A stretch of 64,000 bases of DNA from positions 5,518,001 to 5,582,000 of the forward strand of contig CM035350.1 of assembly GCA_020137815.1 (NCBI GenBank). The letters are read 5' to 3'. Below, piece after piece: positions 48,401-61,200 of the stretch. Within the stretch, counting starts at the first letter, position 1. The number at the start of each line of letters is the position of its first letter. The translations under genes and the position numbers were made by a program. Source of the stretch: Hormiphora californensis (Eukaryota; Animalia; Ctenophora). The notes beneath the pieces were generated by a model. It saw only the letters and a program-made list of their open reading frames with translations. It did no database searches and had not been told where the DNA came from.

Positions 48401-51400
48401 CCGCGACTCCATAGGAGTGAGACACCCGGAAACGAAAGCTGATCATTCTGGGTACGTTGGGCTTCTTTTCTCCCAGAAGTTTAATTTCAATCACTCTGAT
48501 ATTTTGTCACAATATTTGTATGGTTACTCATTCGAGGAATCCGGAGTTTCAAAACATAAAAGTGTGAAGTTCATGAATGAACCCAATTTCTCGTTTTTCG
48601 GGTTTTTCCAAGTTTTCTTATAGTTAAATTCGATTTTATTCTTAAAAATAGCAACCATGCATTAGAGTAAACAATAATAAATGGCAATCCGAGTTTTTAT
48701 CAAAAATGAATCAAGTTTAGTTGGTGAAATAAATTATTAAAAAACGGTCATTTTTACCAAACATCGATTTTAACCCGTTTTGACAAGAAATTGGTAAATT
48801 CAGGCGCTAAAAATTCGTACGGCCGTTACACTTGATCGATATTGATGTTAGCTAGAATTTCGGCTCTCTATCTAAAAATTCATTTTTACGACTGGAATGA
48901 ATCCTAAATGAACTTAAACAAAAAAGGTATTCCAAACCGGAATTTCACAGTCGCCTTTGGGTAACGATTTCCTTTCAAACGCGACTAATTTTAGGTCAAT
49001 TGTACCACCACAAGAGACACAGTGGCCACTTTTCCGACACTAGGTCTGGCCAAGTGACCCCTATTGGACCGCTAGCGTCATTACTAAGTGCCAATAAGCA
49101 GGTGTAACGGTCGCGTATCACGTATCACATCTGCTAATTAGGACGGTATACCGATACAGCGTCCGTTAGAATGTAAGTTCTCTTGCTAACACGTCATAAT
49201 TTGATGGGGATCACATGACCCAACCTAGGCTTGGCAAGCTGGTCACTGTGATTCTTGTGGTGATCCAATTAAGCTCAAACTGGTCGCGTTCGAAAGAAAA
49301 TCGATAGCCAAACAAATTTGTAAAACTTTGGGACCAAAATATGGTCCCGTTTTGGCGTTCATTAAATGTTCATTCGGGCGAAAAAAATGAATTTTCATCC
49401 AGAGGGCTGAAACTCCGGAATCCTCGAATGATTAACCATACAAATATTGTCACAAAATATCAGAGTGATTGAAATTAAATTTCTAGGAGAAAAGAAGGCC
49501 AACGTACCCTTAATTTTTTTTGGGCCGCGCGGTATCTATCAATGCTGATTGATGATTTGGTCATGCTGGGCCATGGAGCAGCTTTGGGTTTGGAAGTGGA
49601 AGGCACAAACAACCCGGGCGGGGAAATGAAAATTGCAATATCGATCAAAATGAAACTTTTCACATTGCTTAGAGAGCTTGTTATAAACTCCGCTTGACAA
49701 CTTAATTAGTTCTGGCTCTAATACGCTTTTTACCTGACAAAATGTAATTTATTTTACAACTGACAAAACCCTATCCATCAGTCTGTTAGTTATTTAACTG
49801 AAAAACGCGTACAGGCGAAGATGTCATGCCGTTGAGGGTAGCCGCGACGAAGGCTTGTCTGAATCTGAATTGTGCTACGGAGGCATTCCTAACAGAGGAG
49901 GATCAAAATAACAGTCTCCTGGTGGAGGTTACCCTAGCACACTCTTACAAGAATCCCTCCCTGCTGAACCGGATATTGGGTGAAGCGGGGGATAGTAGCA
50001 GGGACGCTGTAATGCGTGCTAAATTGTGGCTGAGAGCTGGGGAAATGGGCCAACAAGGTGGTATAAAATCTGCAGTGGATGCCCTACAGGAGGTGGACTT
50101 AACAAACGAGGTAAACTACCCTTTCATATAGCCATAAATGTCATAAAATGTGCACCTAATTCTATAGCCGAAGGCCGAATTGCATCAACTAGTAATACAA
50201 ATTGTGATACAGAATCAAGTTGTAGTTATACCTTATAGCTAGACAGCGATTATACCTACCTTATAGCTAGACGGCGATACAGTGCTCTATCCCTTTACAG
50301 AGAGCTAATATATAACAACATCAAAAGAAAACGATTTTCTTTTGATATTTGGTAGTACATACATACCTAGCCCACCCCCCACCCAACTATAGACAACTAT
50401 ATATTAACTGCTTTTAAACTTTTAAAACTCAGACAACTATATTCTGCTTTTAAAACTCAGACAACTATATTCTGCTTTTAAAACTCAGATTCCATGTCCT
50501 AACTCCTCGTACTTTGCACCTAGACCGTTAACAATCTAGAGGTTGTAATAGAGCTATGTCTCTCACTGCTGCAAGAATTCGCCGACAAAGATGATAGCAG
50601 CATTGCTGATAGTTTAACAGAATCGAGAAAACTGACAACCTCTGTTCTCTGGGAATCAACTATGCAAGCTTTGAGGTGAGCTGATGATATTAGGGTGATA
50701 CTATATAATATGTTATCAAGAGTCTCAGTGTCGTTATAGGAAACGAGGGTTTCTGTTAGGACAAGGAATTTTAACAACTCAACTTCTATACGTACCCACA
50801 TCTTCTTCGAAATAATCAGTATAGATTTGGGAGAAAATCAGAAAAAAGACTGGGGTTGGTCCCGTGATCTACTTCTGCCCGATACTTTAATATATACAGT
50901 CGGACCCCGATTTAGTGGCCCCCGATTTAGTGGCACCCTGATTTAGAAGCAGGATTTTTTCCCCCGAAATAGGAAATTAACATTATTTGACCCCGACTTA
51001 GTGGCACCCCGATTTAGTGGCAGGATTTTTTCCCCCAAGGATGTCACTAAATCAGGGTCCGACTGTATTAGTGGGAGGGGGTGGGGGCTGTCACAAGAAT
51101 CTCAGCTACCCTATTTACCAGATTTTTAGATTTCTTCCCTGCGGGAATTCGCCTGGATGATCTTTTTAAAAAAATCGCATATTTGTCTTAAAGGTTGACA
51201 AGATACCTAAAACTTTTCGTATATCGTCTTATTTTGATTTATCATTAATTTTCAGCATTTTTTCAGAATTTTTTGTCGGCTAGAAATATGTGCAAAATAG
51301 GGGGTCTACTGACAAATGAGTGTGCCTTTTTTTAAATTGATACTGGAATATCTCCGGTTCCTGATGAGATACAGAAACCGTTTTGGTAGCGTTGGAAAGG

Positions 51401-52213
51401 TCTTATTGAGACCAATCCAACGCAACCAAGATCAAGTAGCTATCTTTTGAGGAACCGGAAACGTGAATTTCAATTTGCGAGACGCAGTGAGTGTGCCCAG
51501 TAAAACCAGTGCTGACAATATCGGTAGACCCCCTATTTCGAATTTTTTTCTAGCCGACAAAAAATTCTGAAAAAATGCTGAAAATTAATGATAAATCAAA
51601 ATAAGACGATATACGAAAAGTTTTAGGTATCTTGTCAACCTTTAAAAATCGCATAAATCTCTTGTCGGCGCGCGAAGTGCGGCAAACTAAGGCCGTGAAG
51701 AGTGTGATCAGGTACAGGTATCTTCGATACCAAATAAATCTCACGTTTTTTTGCCCAAAAAACCGAGGATCTTATAAATCTCACCAAAATCTTATCTTTC
51801 GAAAGTGATGGCGATTTTCTTATGGCGAGCCCCCCCCCCCCCCCCCCCTCCCATGTTTAAAATACCCGATGTATGTGATGGATGATGTATAAATTGCACG
51901 CCTTCCAGACGTCAGAAGGGGGATAGTTAACAGTTATATGTCTCCCTACCCGAAGGTGTATATAGCTACTTTATAAACCGCCCTGTTTATAACCCGCACT
52001 GCCTCTCCCTCCCCTCTTTTTCTATCTCTACTTCCCTCTCTCACACGAATTGTCTAGGGGGTAATGTCTATAGTCGATGATGTAATATATAAAATCCTTC
52101 GTTTAACATGCACCATTTGCCAATACAGGCGAGGCAGTAGGAAAGGTAGTTTAACGTTCCCAAGTATACTACAATGTATAGCGCAAGAGGGCCGTCTTTC
52201 TCTCCTATCCCAG
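37406..52213 (+). CDS. PRKDC: DNA-PKcs copy B (second haplotype or tandem duplicate), central HEAT/NUC194 region into FAT; multi-exon
   Basis: Exons 37406-37490 (EFKFFEGL...IWDNI, NUC194-like), 37564-37694, 37882-37994, 38213-38405, 38610-39266, 39561-40724 (RNYRVGELPDIEI, ATQALQQFSLTQ), 41128-41383, 49815-50110, 50524-50675, 52129-52213. The last four match copy A exons with mostly synonymous differences. Position 40725 corresponds to window position 1. Confidence 0.88.
41425..42242. mobile_element. Probable non-autonomous TIR element in a copy B intron
   Basis: gggtgtgctattt / aaatagcacaccc termini; absent in copy A. Confidence 0.55.
42248..42322. repeat. Perfect short palindrome (about 37-bp arms); repeated at about 47792-47866
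   Basis: ccatagcggttccctcaattttttgccgacatagcca-t-tggctatgtcggcaaaaaattgagggaaccgctatgg. Copy A retains only one arm (about 3047-3086). Confidence 0.85.
43268..46189 (-). CDS. Retrotransposon ORF (973 aa): HeH/SAP-like N-terminus, reverse transcriptase, CCHC knuckle, restriction-like endonuclease
   Basis: RT motifs GIRPIGIGEVLRRL, LIDASNAFNSL, GTTQGD, FYADD, YLGS; CACG...DHLISC; RHNNVRD; RLDI...YFDVRI; EKKTSY; FTPLVMSTTGG. The first ATG inside the TSD-defined element is at 46189. Confidence 0.93.
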   Translation of the reverse strand: MKKRTAEDIKKELRDYGVPFKSNTNKAKLVKLLEDHIASITPETNDPDEHYESDFHRDVCRAYNEVVFWRQNLVMVPSGKAGKDFVHEAANILNSFNNNGGSKTYAIMLLMILFPLVLQKPSANSKSRDHIAAIERRLTIFRNGDFDLLLREGRVIQSRLPSKDDKSRNALKSFTRLMLRGKVSQALRAIRDSDVAPVPITPEVVGELIKKHPPSSETSSLLQGPALPNTHCMFSEISAGAVTKAAKMLSGSGGPSGADSDLWKHMLLSKKLSPASSELAQAIATFAFKLATEPTDPKLLSAYVASRLVPLSKRPTGIRPIGIGEVLRRLAGKVITQALKPDLIECTAPVQLCAGLEGGVEAAVHAARDLFDLESTECLLLIDASNAFNSLNRIAALNNVKYTCPEFKIYLQNTYGLTANLFLCDGENNEVLKSSEGTTQGDTAAMHMYACCLMPLIRSVEDKDSKLTQIFYADDGLGGGTLSTVKTWWEKVKQDGPGYGYLPNPGKSWLIVKPEFEEAARSMFPDVNITSQGQRYLGSYIGTEEGQAEFVRNEVAKWESEIDQICDIALNEPQLAYTAYNIGLSKRWSYLMRTTPGISDQLGTIEEKIHQKLLPAITGQPVVNETLRLVAALPVRFGGLGVDNPQISSDSDYSFSKFVTEELSVAVLAQQETFKINQKERAEKKTLIHRTKNDIHQKKIDEIKNMMTTAEIRNLDLLMEKGASSWLTCLPLQSLNFTLNRQEWHDAMSARYNLPLVGQALPQHCACGEENTIDHLISCKLGGFVCFRHNNVRDFIGHELNKVCVDTKIEPHLLNVRGVNLPAGTITADGARLDISSRGFWSDMDNIYFDVRIFNPRISSNSNQTIAKTYEKHEREKKTSYLHRVLEVEKSTFTPLVMSTTGGLGREFNKTLKQLAEKKATKTGYSYDQCIRYLRLRLSFAMVRSVTISIRGHRGRLRAEGSSGRDDSIYQID
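46200..46219 (-). other. Spliced-leader-like sequence TTTAAACAAATTAATTTGAG at the retrotransposon 5' end
   Basis: Lies between the 5' TSD and the ATG (10 nt upstream of it). Resembles the 3' half of ctenophore SL exons ending AATTTGAG (from memory, not database-verified). Confidence 0.7.
47450..49878 (+). repeat. Direct duplicate of 41919-47449 lacking the CRE element
   Basis: Near-identical sequence; leaves a truncated exon copy at 47386-47449 before the full exon 49815-50110. Confidence 0.92.
50897..51065. mobile_element. Tc1/mariner-pogo type MITE, same family as 11243-11415
   Basis: ta-cagtcggacccc...gggtccgactg-ta. Confidence 0.85.
51192..51641. mobile_element. Kolobok-like MITE, TTAA TSD
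   Basis: ttaa-AGGTTGACAAGATACC...GGTATCTTGTCAACCT-ttaa, TIRs of about 95 bp. Confidence 0.8.
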
Positions 52214-52254
52214 GTCAGTTCAACTGCAGGTGGATACTCATAAAACTTTTATGC

Positions 52255-55200
52255 TTTTAAAATCTTCAAAATAAAAAAACCCATTTTTTTGTTCAAAAGG
52301 GTTTTTTGGAAAACCCCCCCGGCTTTGGGCCTTTGGTTTTTTTGGGCCCCCTTTTAACCGTTACTAAAAAAAGGGTTCCAATTGGGCAACTAAATTAATA
52401 GGGGGGGGGGGGGATTTTTAAAAAATTTCATTCCGAAAATTTTAAAATTTAAAAAGTAATTTTTTCCCCAAATTGTGAAAACCAGTTTTAAAAATTTTTG
52501 GTCTAAAAGGTTTTTAAAGTTGGTTAATAAAACAATTTTTTTTTTTAATTCTTTTTTTGAGCAAAACCCCAAAAATAATTTTAGAGATTTTACCGGGGTT
52601 GACAATGATTTAATTTTTAATTTTTTCCCCCTTTTAAATTTTAAAATTTTTTGGGGTCCAAAAAAGGGTCAAAGTGGAAAAAAAAAATTGTTTTTTAAAT
52701 TTTTGGTTGATGCAACCCCAAAATGGAAAATTTCAACCCTTTTTGGGGGGGGGGCCGGGAACAAGAAATTTTTGGTTTTTTCAACCCCTTTTAATTTTGT
52801 GGAGGGTTTTTCCCCCGGTTGGGGCCCCCCGCACGAAACAAAAAATTAAAAAAGGAAAAATTTTTTAATTTTAAATATTTATAGGGAATTAAAAAATTTT
52901 TAATTTTGGTTTAACCCCTCGAAATGGGGGTTGGGGGGGCAAGAAATTTTTTTCAACTTTTAATTCTTTTATTTTTTCCATTGATTTTTAGGGGCCCCCC
53001 CCCCGCCCAAAAATTCAAAAACTTTAATCCCCAAAAATTTATAAAATCCCAAAAAAAAAAAGGGAAAACCCTCGGATTATTTTTTCCCTTAGGGAAATAT
53101 TTTATCAAAATGGGGGAACCCCCCCTTATTTCCCCAACGGGGGAAAAAATTTCCCATTTTTTAATTTAATGGTTTTTTTAAAACCCTTTGTAACCTTCCC
53201 CAATATTTTTTTGGTTGCCAGAAAAAACTGAGAATCCAAAAAAACCCCGGGAAGGGTTTACCTTTTTTTTTTTCCTAAAAAGGGGTACCCCCCAAGTTAT
53301 TTCCCCCGGGTCCCTTTTTTATTAAGAGCTTTTTTTCCAAAACCTTTGCCTTTAAAAATTTTTTGTTCCAAAGAAATATTTTTTAAATTTTATAGGGAGG
53401 AATCCCTAAAAAACCTTTTCCCCAAATCTCCTATTAAAGAAATAGAAGGGTTCCCCCAAAAATTCCCCCTTTTTTTACCCCTTTAACCATTCCCAAAAAG
53501 TTTTTTTCCCTTTAAGGATTTTTGGGAAAACCCACAAAATTATAATTTTTTCGGGCCCCCATTTTTTTGGAAAAGGTTAACTGGAAATTTCCCCCGGGAA
53601 AATCAGCCTAAAAAAAGGGAAATTTTCCATGAAAGGGGTTTTTTTTGGAGCCCAACCCCCCCCCCCCCCCTTCCTTTTTTTTATTGGAACAAAAAAAAGA
53701 TGTGAGGTCCCGGGTTCCCCCAAGGGTACCAAAGGAAAGGAAAAAATAAAAAGGGAAAAAGTTTGCGGGGCCAAGTGAAAAAAGGGATTTTGGGAAGGGG
53801 AAGGGGGGACGGGGGAAAGGGAAAAGGGGAGAACGGGTTTACTAAAAGAATTGAGAAGGTTTTCCAGGGGGATTTTTTTTAAAAAAAATCGGCTGGTGTC
53901 CCACCTACCCAATTTTAAAGTTTACTCAATTTTGGGTACCACGGCCCAAATATGTGATGGACCCCTTGAAAATCCCTGGGGGAATTTGCTTTGTTCCCCC
54001 GGGGAGGGATTGGTTCGAAAAAAGTAAGTTGCAGGGTCCCTGAAAAAAGGATACACCCTCCCGAAATGGGGGGGCCCAGAAAAAACAATTAGGAGGATTG
54101 ATTTTAAACAGATTATATAGAAAAACGGGGGTTGGAAACCTGCAAAAAGAAACAGGGAGATTGATAAGAAAAGGGGGGGCGGGGGTGCAACCCCCTCCCC
54201 CCGGGGAAAGTCCCAAAAATAAATTTTAAAATCTAAGGTTTTCTCTCATTCGTTTCGGAACTCGAAGCTATGGGAGTGAGAGAGCGATAAGGGGCCAATT
54301 TTGAGACAAAAGAGAGAGAGAGAGAAAAGGAGAGGAGAGAGAAGAGGGGGGGGCGAGAGAGAAAAGAGAGAGAGAGGGGAGAGAGAGAGAAAGGGGGAGA
54401 AAAAAATTAGGGAAAAAACCCCGGGGGGGGGGGGGGGGGGAAAAAAAAAAGGGAAAATAGAGGGGGGAACATTTAAAAATTTTTGGTGTTTTTCCCAGCC
54501 TCCCATTTAAATACCCTGGGTGAGCAGCGAGGGTGGGAAATTTGGGTTTTAATATTGTAAATTTCACGGTGATGTTTAATCGTAAAGTATGCTGCTTTAC
54601 TTTGCATTACCCAGGGTTTTAGTTTTGGGGCGGGGAAAAAAAAAGTGAAACCAAAGGGGGGGGGGGGGCCAACAGATCTCCGGTTATTTCAGTCACATTT
54701 TAAGCTTTTTTTCTATGCACTTAGTCGGGGTCTAAGGGGGATTTTTCCCCAAAGGGGTTACCGTAAGGGTTGGTGGAAAAGGCGCGGGAAAGGCGGCATT
54801 CATACTTTCTAGTTTTAAACCCATGGAGAATAAGGTGATGGGGGAAAATTTGCAATATTCCATATAGTGTACAGATCATAAAATTTATCATAACCAGGGG
54901 AAAATGTAAAATTAAAAATTTTGACCCCCCGGGTCCTGCATGATCTACGCTCAAAACCGACGTAGGGAAAAGAGCAACAAAATTTGAAGCAAGAAAAACG
55001 ATAAAAAAAACTAAAAACCCCGGTTAACAACCCATCATTCCCCCAAGTCGATGTCTCATAAACCTTTAGGGTTCGGGGAAAAGAACATAGTTGAAGCAAG
55101 TTTGTACGGCAAAAGGGGGGTTTCATAAAAAAAATAGAGTGCCCGATACTATTACGCTTAACCGCCGTCGTGGTCAGGCAAGCAAATTTGAAGCAAGTAA

Positions 55201-58200
55201 CGATAAAACTTTAAGGGGGTTACCCCCCTTTCCCAAAATTTCATCTCATTTTCCATGAACTCTTTTTTTTGGGAAATACAGAGGGGGGAAGGAAAGAACC
55301 CCCCTTTAAACTCTCTTTTTTTTAAAAAGCTTTATTAAGAAATTTTTTTATAAAAAAATTTTTAAAAATGTAAATTACACAATTCGGGGGACGCCAAAAC
55401 AAAATAAAACACCCCAAACGTTTTTATTTTCTTGTTTAAAGGAGAAATTCTTTTTTTTTTTGGGAAATTTGCAACACCTGTATTTTCCCTAGAAAAAAAG
55501 TTTCTTTTTTAAAAAGTTTCTTGAAATATGGGGAGCTTAATTAAGGGAGATTGGGGGTAGTTCAAGTTGGAAAAAACAGAGAAAAAAGACAGAGAAAAGA
55601 AGGAGGGACAAACAGATTAGTAAAATATGCAGAAGGGGTATGCAATGGGCCCTACAAAAAATAGAGGGACAGATATGGAATTTTTTTCCCAATCGCCTCT
55701 AAATTCCATGATGGTCCCGGGGGGGTGTAACCCCAAAGGGGGTTAGTGAAATAGTATTACCCGCTTCCAAAACAGACCCAATGTTTAGCAGCCCCAGGGA
55801 AAGGAAATTAAATTAAAAAAGGTAAATTTAAAATTTATGAATACCTATTTTACTCAAACTTTTTCCCGAATCTTTTCTCTTTTTGGGAAAGCCGGATTTA
55901 AAAGACCACAATTTCCTAAACCCCCAAGGTAAGGGGTGCAAACCTTCCCAAAAGGAACCCCGGTTTAAAGATACGTGATTCTGAAAACCGGTCAGGCCCT
56001 CTTCTCTGTTGGTTAAGGGAGGAGGGACCTTCGAAGGGGACAATCGGTTAGCAGGTAAAAATTTAGGTAGTATGAGGGTCAAGCAAGATTAAAAATTAGT
56101 TAGGAAAAACAACAAAATTCTAGCGGGGAAACCCCCGTAAAAAAAATCGGGAAACCCCGGACAGTAGTTTGACCCAGGGGGGGTCGGAAACGTTTATTGG
56201 GCCTCAGGTTTGATTGTCAAGTTGTTATTATTCTCTCTGGCTTTTACAAATGAACGATCCTAAACCCCCGTCTGGTTCATTTTTTAACCCCCCAGAGAGA
56301 ATAATAAAAACTTGAAAATCGGGGAACCCTGTGCCGGGTTTAGAAAAATTTCTGTTTTTCATGTGTTTTTAAAATCCCCCAAATTTAAAGGCCCAATTAG
56401 GGGTAAAACCTCAACTACTAGGTTGGAAAACTTTTGGATTCCTATTCGGGGGCCCTTTTTGAGAATTTAGTAAAAATTTTAAAATTTTTTTTTTGCATCT
56501 TGCCGGGTTGGAAAAACGCCTAAAAAACCAATTTCCGCGTCGGCAAAAGGTTTGGGGGTTTTCCTTTTGCGATCTTTTAAAATCCCCGGGTAGCAGGGAA
56601 GGGGCCCCATAATTTTTGTAAACGCTAATTCCACTTCTAGGGCATTTCTAAAAATGAACTTAAAAACAATTTTGTTTCTGTCGAAAATGAACAACGTTTT
56701 CACCGTAATTTAAAATTTAAATTTGGGGCCCCTGAAATTAATGGTTATACGGTGGAAAACCCCCATTTTGGGAAACGATTAGGAAAATACATTTTCCCCG
56801 GGCCCATCACTAAATTTCTAAATTTGCAGGTTTTTTGAATCTTTAAAACCCTGCCCTTAACCCCCCAAAAACGCCGCAAAACAGTAAAAGCAACATGTAA
56901 AAGCGAACAGGAACTGTCAAAAATAATTTAAAATCCCCCCGAGCGAAAAGTTTTTAAATTTTTTTTTAAAACATTAAGGGTTTTTTTAAAGGGAAACCTC
57001 TTTCCTTTCAGACCCTTCCGATTTAAAAATGGGGACTTTTAGTGAGAAGTGGGGTTTCTAGAGCGTTCAACCCTTTTTTTACTAAAACGTGGTTCCCATC
57101 ACACCAAAAATTTAGGGGAAAATTTAAAAAACCCCCCCCCTCAGGTGCCACCAACTTGCCCCCCCCCCCAAATTTGTCTCTTTTTCTAGGGGTTTCCCCC
57201 CAAACCTTTTTAAAACTATGTTTTCCCTAAATGACTTAAAAATGATAAAAAGGTGTAATTTACTCAAAAATTTTTTGGGAATTTTTGTGTAAAAAAAGGG
57301 GGGGGGGGGGCCAAAAATTTTTTAAAATTTTCCCTTTAAATTTTGGAATTTTTTTATATATAAAAAATTTAAAAAAAAATAAAAATTATAAAAATATATA
57401 AAAAAATAAAAATTTTAAAATAAAAAATAAAAAATTTATAAAAATTTAAAATTCCCCATTTTTTTTCACCCCTTTTCTTTAAAAAAGGGGAAGTTTTTCC
57501 ATTAGGGCCCCTGAAAGGGTTCAAGAGTTTTAAGTTTTTGAGAGGGTGGCTTTTTTTTTTTTGTTTTACTTTAATTATGCACGGTAAAAAGGAAAAAATG
57601 GGAAAAAGGGGTTCCCGGGCCCCTAATAAATTCTCCCTTTTTTTTGGTGTGTTTCAATCTTTTTTTTTATGTTGACCCGGGAAATTTAATTTCCCGGAAC
57701 TGGTGAAGAGGGGTTTGGGGATCCGAAACTAAAAAAAAAATAATTTTTTACGTCTTTTTGGGACGTCAAAAGTTTTTGGACGCGACTCACGATGTTAAAA
57801 AACGTCACATTGATGAGGGGAAAATATCAGGTTTAATCTAGTTTGAAGTTGTGACCAATTTTTGGATCAATTAAATTTATTTTTGATCCCGTTTATGGCG
57901 AAAAAAAACCTTTCTTTTTTGGAGTTTTTTACACTTTGGGGCCAAAATTTTTTTTTAATAATTTTTTATTTTTTAAAAATTTTTATTTTTTTATATTTTA
58001 TTTTAAATTTTTTTTAATTTTTATATATTTTTATAACAGTGGGCCCCCGGTTCCCGGGACCCCCTGGGGGGAAAAGGGTTTTTTCCCCCGGGTTTTAAAA
58101 TCGGGGTGCCCTTTAAGGGGGGGGTTTAAAAAATCCCGTTTTTTTCCCATTTTGGGGGAAGTTTTATCCCCCCCGGTAAACCCGGGGGTTTGGGTTAAAA

Positions 58201-61200
58201 TGGGGGGGCCCGGGAAAATCGGGGTCCGTGTATTAAAAAAAAATTATTTTTTTTTTTTCCAAAAAAAAAAGGTAAAAAAAATTTTTTAAAAATATAAAAA
58301 AAAGGAGCGTTGGCCCCCCCCCCCCCCCAAAAACTTGTTAAAGACTTGATTTTCCCATTTGAACTAAATTATACCCAAAAACCAAAGCACCCAATGTTGC
58401 CCGGGCCCCAGGGGTGGGGGGCCAGTTTTTGTAATAAATCCATAATTTTTTTACGAAAACCAAATGGGGAAAAACCCGGAAAATTTCCCCTTTAAGTACT
58501 TTCTTGTAGTGGGGTTTGCTAAACAATATTTGTTTCAAAGGTTGTGTTCATTTTAAAATGTTTGAAAATGTCACCCTTTTATAGGTACGTGACTCTTTTA
58601 GCCTTTTTCTTTTGAATCTGTGGTGCTAAACCCTTTTTTATCTAGGTGCTCAACTTTTGTCTGTGGTGCTGACTTTTTGGGTGGTGTAAATTTTGTCTTT
58701 TGGTGCTGTATTTTTTGGCCCCTGTGGTGCTCAATTTTTGTCTGGTGCTCCATTTTTGCCCTGGGGTTTACTTACTTTTGGCGGTGGTGCTCAATTTTTG
58801 GGTCGGTGGTGCTAACTTTTTGACTATGGTGCCCCATTTTTAAAGGCTGGGTGCTTAATTTTTTGGTTTGTGGTCCCCAAATTTTTGGGGTCGGGGTATG
58901 CCACTTTTGCTGTGGTTCTTTTATTTTTTGGCTGTGGTGCTAACTTTTGTCTGGTGTTTGGGGAACCCGGGCCCGTTTAATATCGAATCGAATCGAAGCC
59001 GAGAAAATTGAATCAAAATCGAATCGAATCGAGTAGTTTTTTCCCCCAAAAGATCAAACGAGATTTTTTAAACCCCCAAAGTCAAATGGGAGATTTTTTT
59101 AAAACCTCAAAGACCGAATCGAGATCGAATCAAAAATTTTTTGGGAACGCCCCAAAGACGAATCGAGAATCGAATCGAAATTTTTTAAACCCCCAAAAAG
59201 ACCCGAATCGGATCGAATCAAAAGTTTTTTACACCCAAAGTTTCGAATCGAGACAAATCGATTTTTTTGATCCCCCAAAGATCGAATCAAAATTTTTCGA
59301 ATAAAAAAATTTTGCGGTCCCCCCAAAATCGATGGGGGGATCGAAAGAAAATAAAAGAATTTTGGGTTTCCCTTTACCCAGTAAAAAAACCGGCGTTATT
59401 ATAGGATCAAATCGAAGGATCGAAAATCGAATCAAATTTTAGACAAAATAAAAAAGTTTTTGATCGCACAAAGTTTCGAATCGGATCGAACGAAATTTTT
59501 TGAAACCGAAAGACAATGGGAATCGAATCGAGATTTTTTGAACCCTAAAAGATCAAATCGAATCAAAAATCGAGTTTTTTTGTTTAAAACCCTAAAAGAT
59601 CAAATCGAGATTTTTTAAAAACCGAAAGATCAAATCGGGGATCGAATCAAAAGTTTTTTAAAACCCTAAAAGTTTCGAACGAGATGATCAAAAATTTTTT
59701 AAAACGCTCAAAGAGGGAATCGAGATCGAATCGAAATTTTTTAAAACCCCAAAAAAATCGAATCGGATCGAATCAAAAAATTTTTTGGTCGCCCCAAAAA
59801 AGATGAGATCGGTTTCGAGAAAAAAAACCGGTATCGCCGGTTCCATGGTGTGTACCCTGCCCAAAAAACCGAAGAGGGGGGGGCTGTCGAATAAAACATG
59901 AATTCTCATAGTGATCCTTGCCCCTTGTCAGTCCCAAATTTGTTTTTTGCATAATTAATCATGAAATGGCCCCTTTTTTGGCCCGGGGGTGGTGTATTTT
60001 TTTTGGGTTTGGGGTGGGGAAACTTGTAAATGAAAAAGGGTGTCAATTTTTTGTTTTGTTTTTTTAATAATTATTTTTCTGGTGGTAAAGCTTCAGGATT
60101 TACGGCAGTTTGTGTAGGATCTTTTCCATATATGGATGTGGGTGGATCTTTCAGGGTTATAAAAAAAGGAAAAGGGTTTTACTTTTTAATTTTTAAATTA
60201 TACACTCCCGGTTTAAATTTTTTGTATAAAAACGGGGACTGAAGTTTTGGCAAACTTAAAATTTTACCCAAAAATTTAAAATTAAATTCCCACATAATTT
60301 AGGTGAAGCTTTAATTATTTTAAAATTAATAAATCATGTAGTATTTTATTATTTTTACGGGCCTGTGCACCCCACATCCATAAAATGGTTCTTTTTTTTT
60401 TTTTAAAAAAACAGGAGCCCCTTTGGCAGGGGAGAAGAAGCCCGACCGGAAAGGGGCCCCTTTTTAAGGGACCCTTTAAGGCCCCTTTTAGGGCCCCTTT
60501 AAAGGGGACCCAAAGAAATTTAAGGGCCCCTTTAAAGGGGGCCCTTTAATTTGGGGAAACCCTTTTAAAGGGCCCCTGGGAAATTAGGGCCCCTTTTAAT
60601 GAGGTAGAACAAAATCGTGGCAGTCCCCTCGTATCATTTTACATTTTTAAGGGGTTTCCACTGCTAAGGAGGTTCCCACCGAATCTTGAGCGTGAGCAGT
60701 ACCGGGGAAACCCGGTTTTCCCCTTTAAATTTTCTGGGGGCCCTTTAAAAGGGTCCCTTAACTTCTGGGGGCCCCCTTAAAAGGGCCCCAAAAAGGGCCC
60801 CTTTAAAAGGGGGCCCTTAACCGGTCGGGTTTCTTTCCCCCTGCCAGCACCTTTGGTTTTTGCACGGCTCATTGCTAACCCCGGGGATTCCCCCGGGCGG
60901 GGAAAAAAGGGTCAGGGGCCAATAGCTTTTATTTTGGAGAAATTTGACCCGTGAATATCACGTGTATGCGTTTTTACCTCCCCGGGGTAAAAAATTAGGA
61001 GCGACAAGAACTGGGCCAGACCTTTGGCCTAAAAGATCAAACGCGTTTCATTTTTGATCATCTCCCCCGGCTCCCCCTTTCCGAACAAAAAATTGAAAAG
61101 AAAATAAACCCCTTTGTTTTGGGGGAAAAACACGGCCCCTGACTCTGAGCAACAATAGAAGTTAATGATTTTAACTTTCTTTTAAATGGGGGCCCTCCCC

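Noticed and set aside
51355-51385. Hammerhead core (CTGATGA...GAAA)
   Set aside because: No stem II between the motifs; it lies within an ordinary MITE interior.
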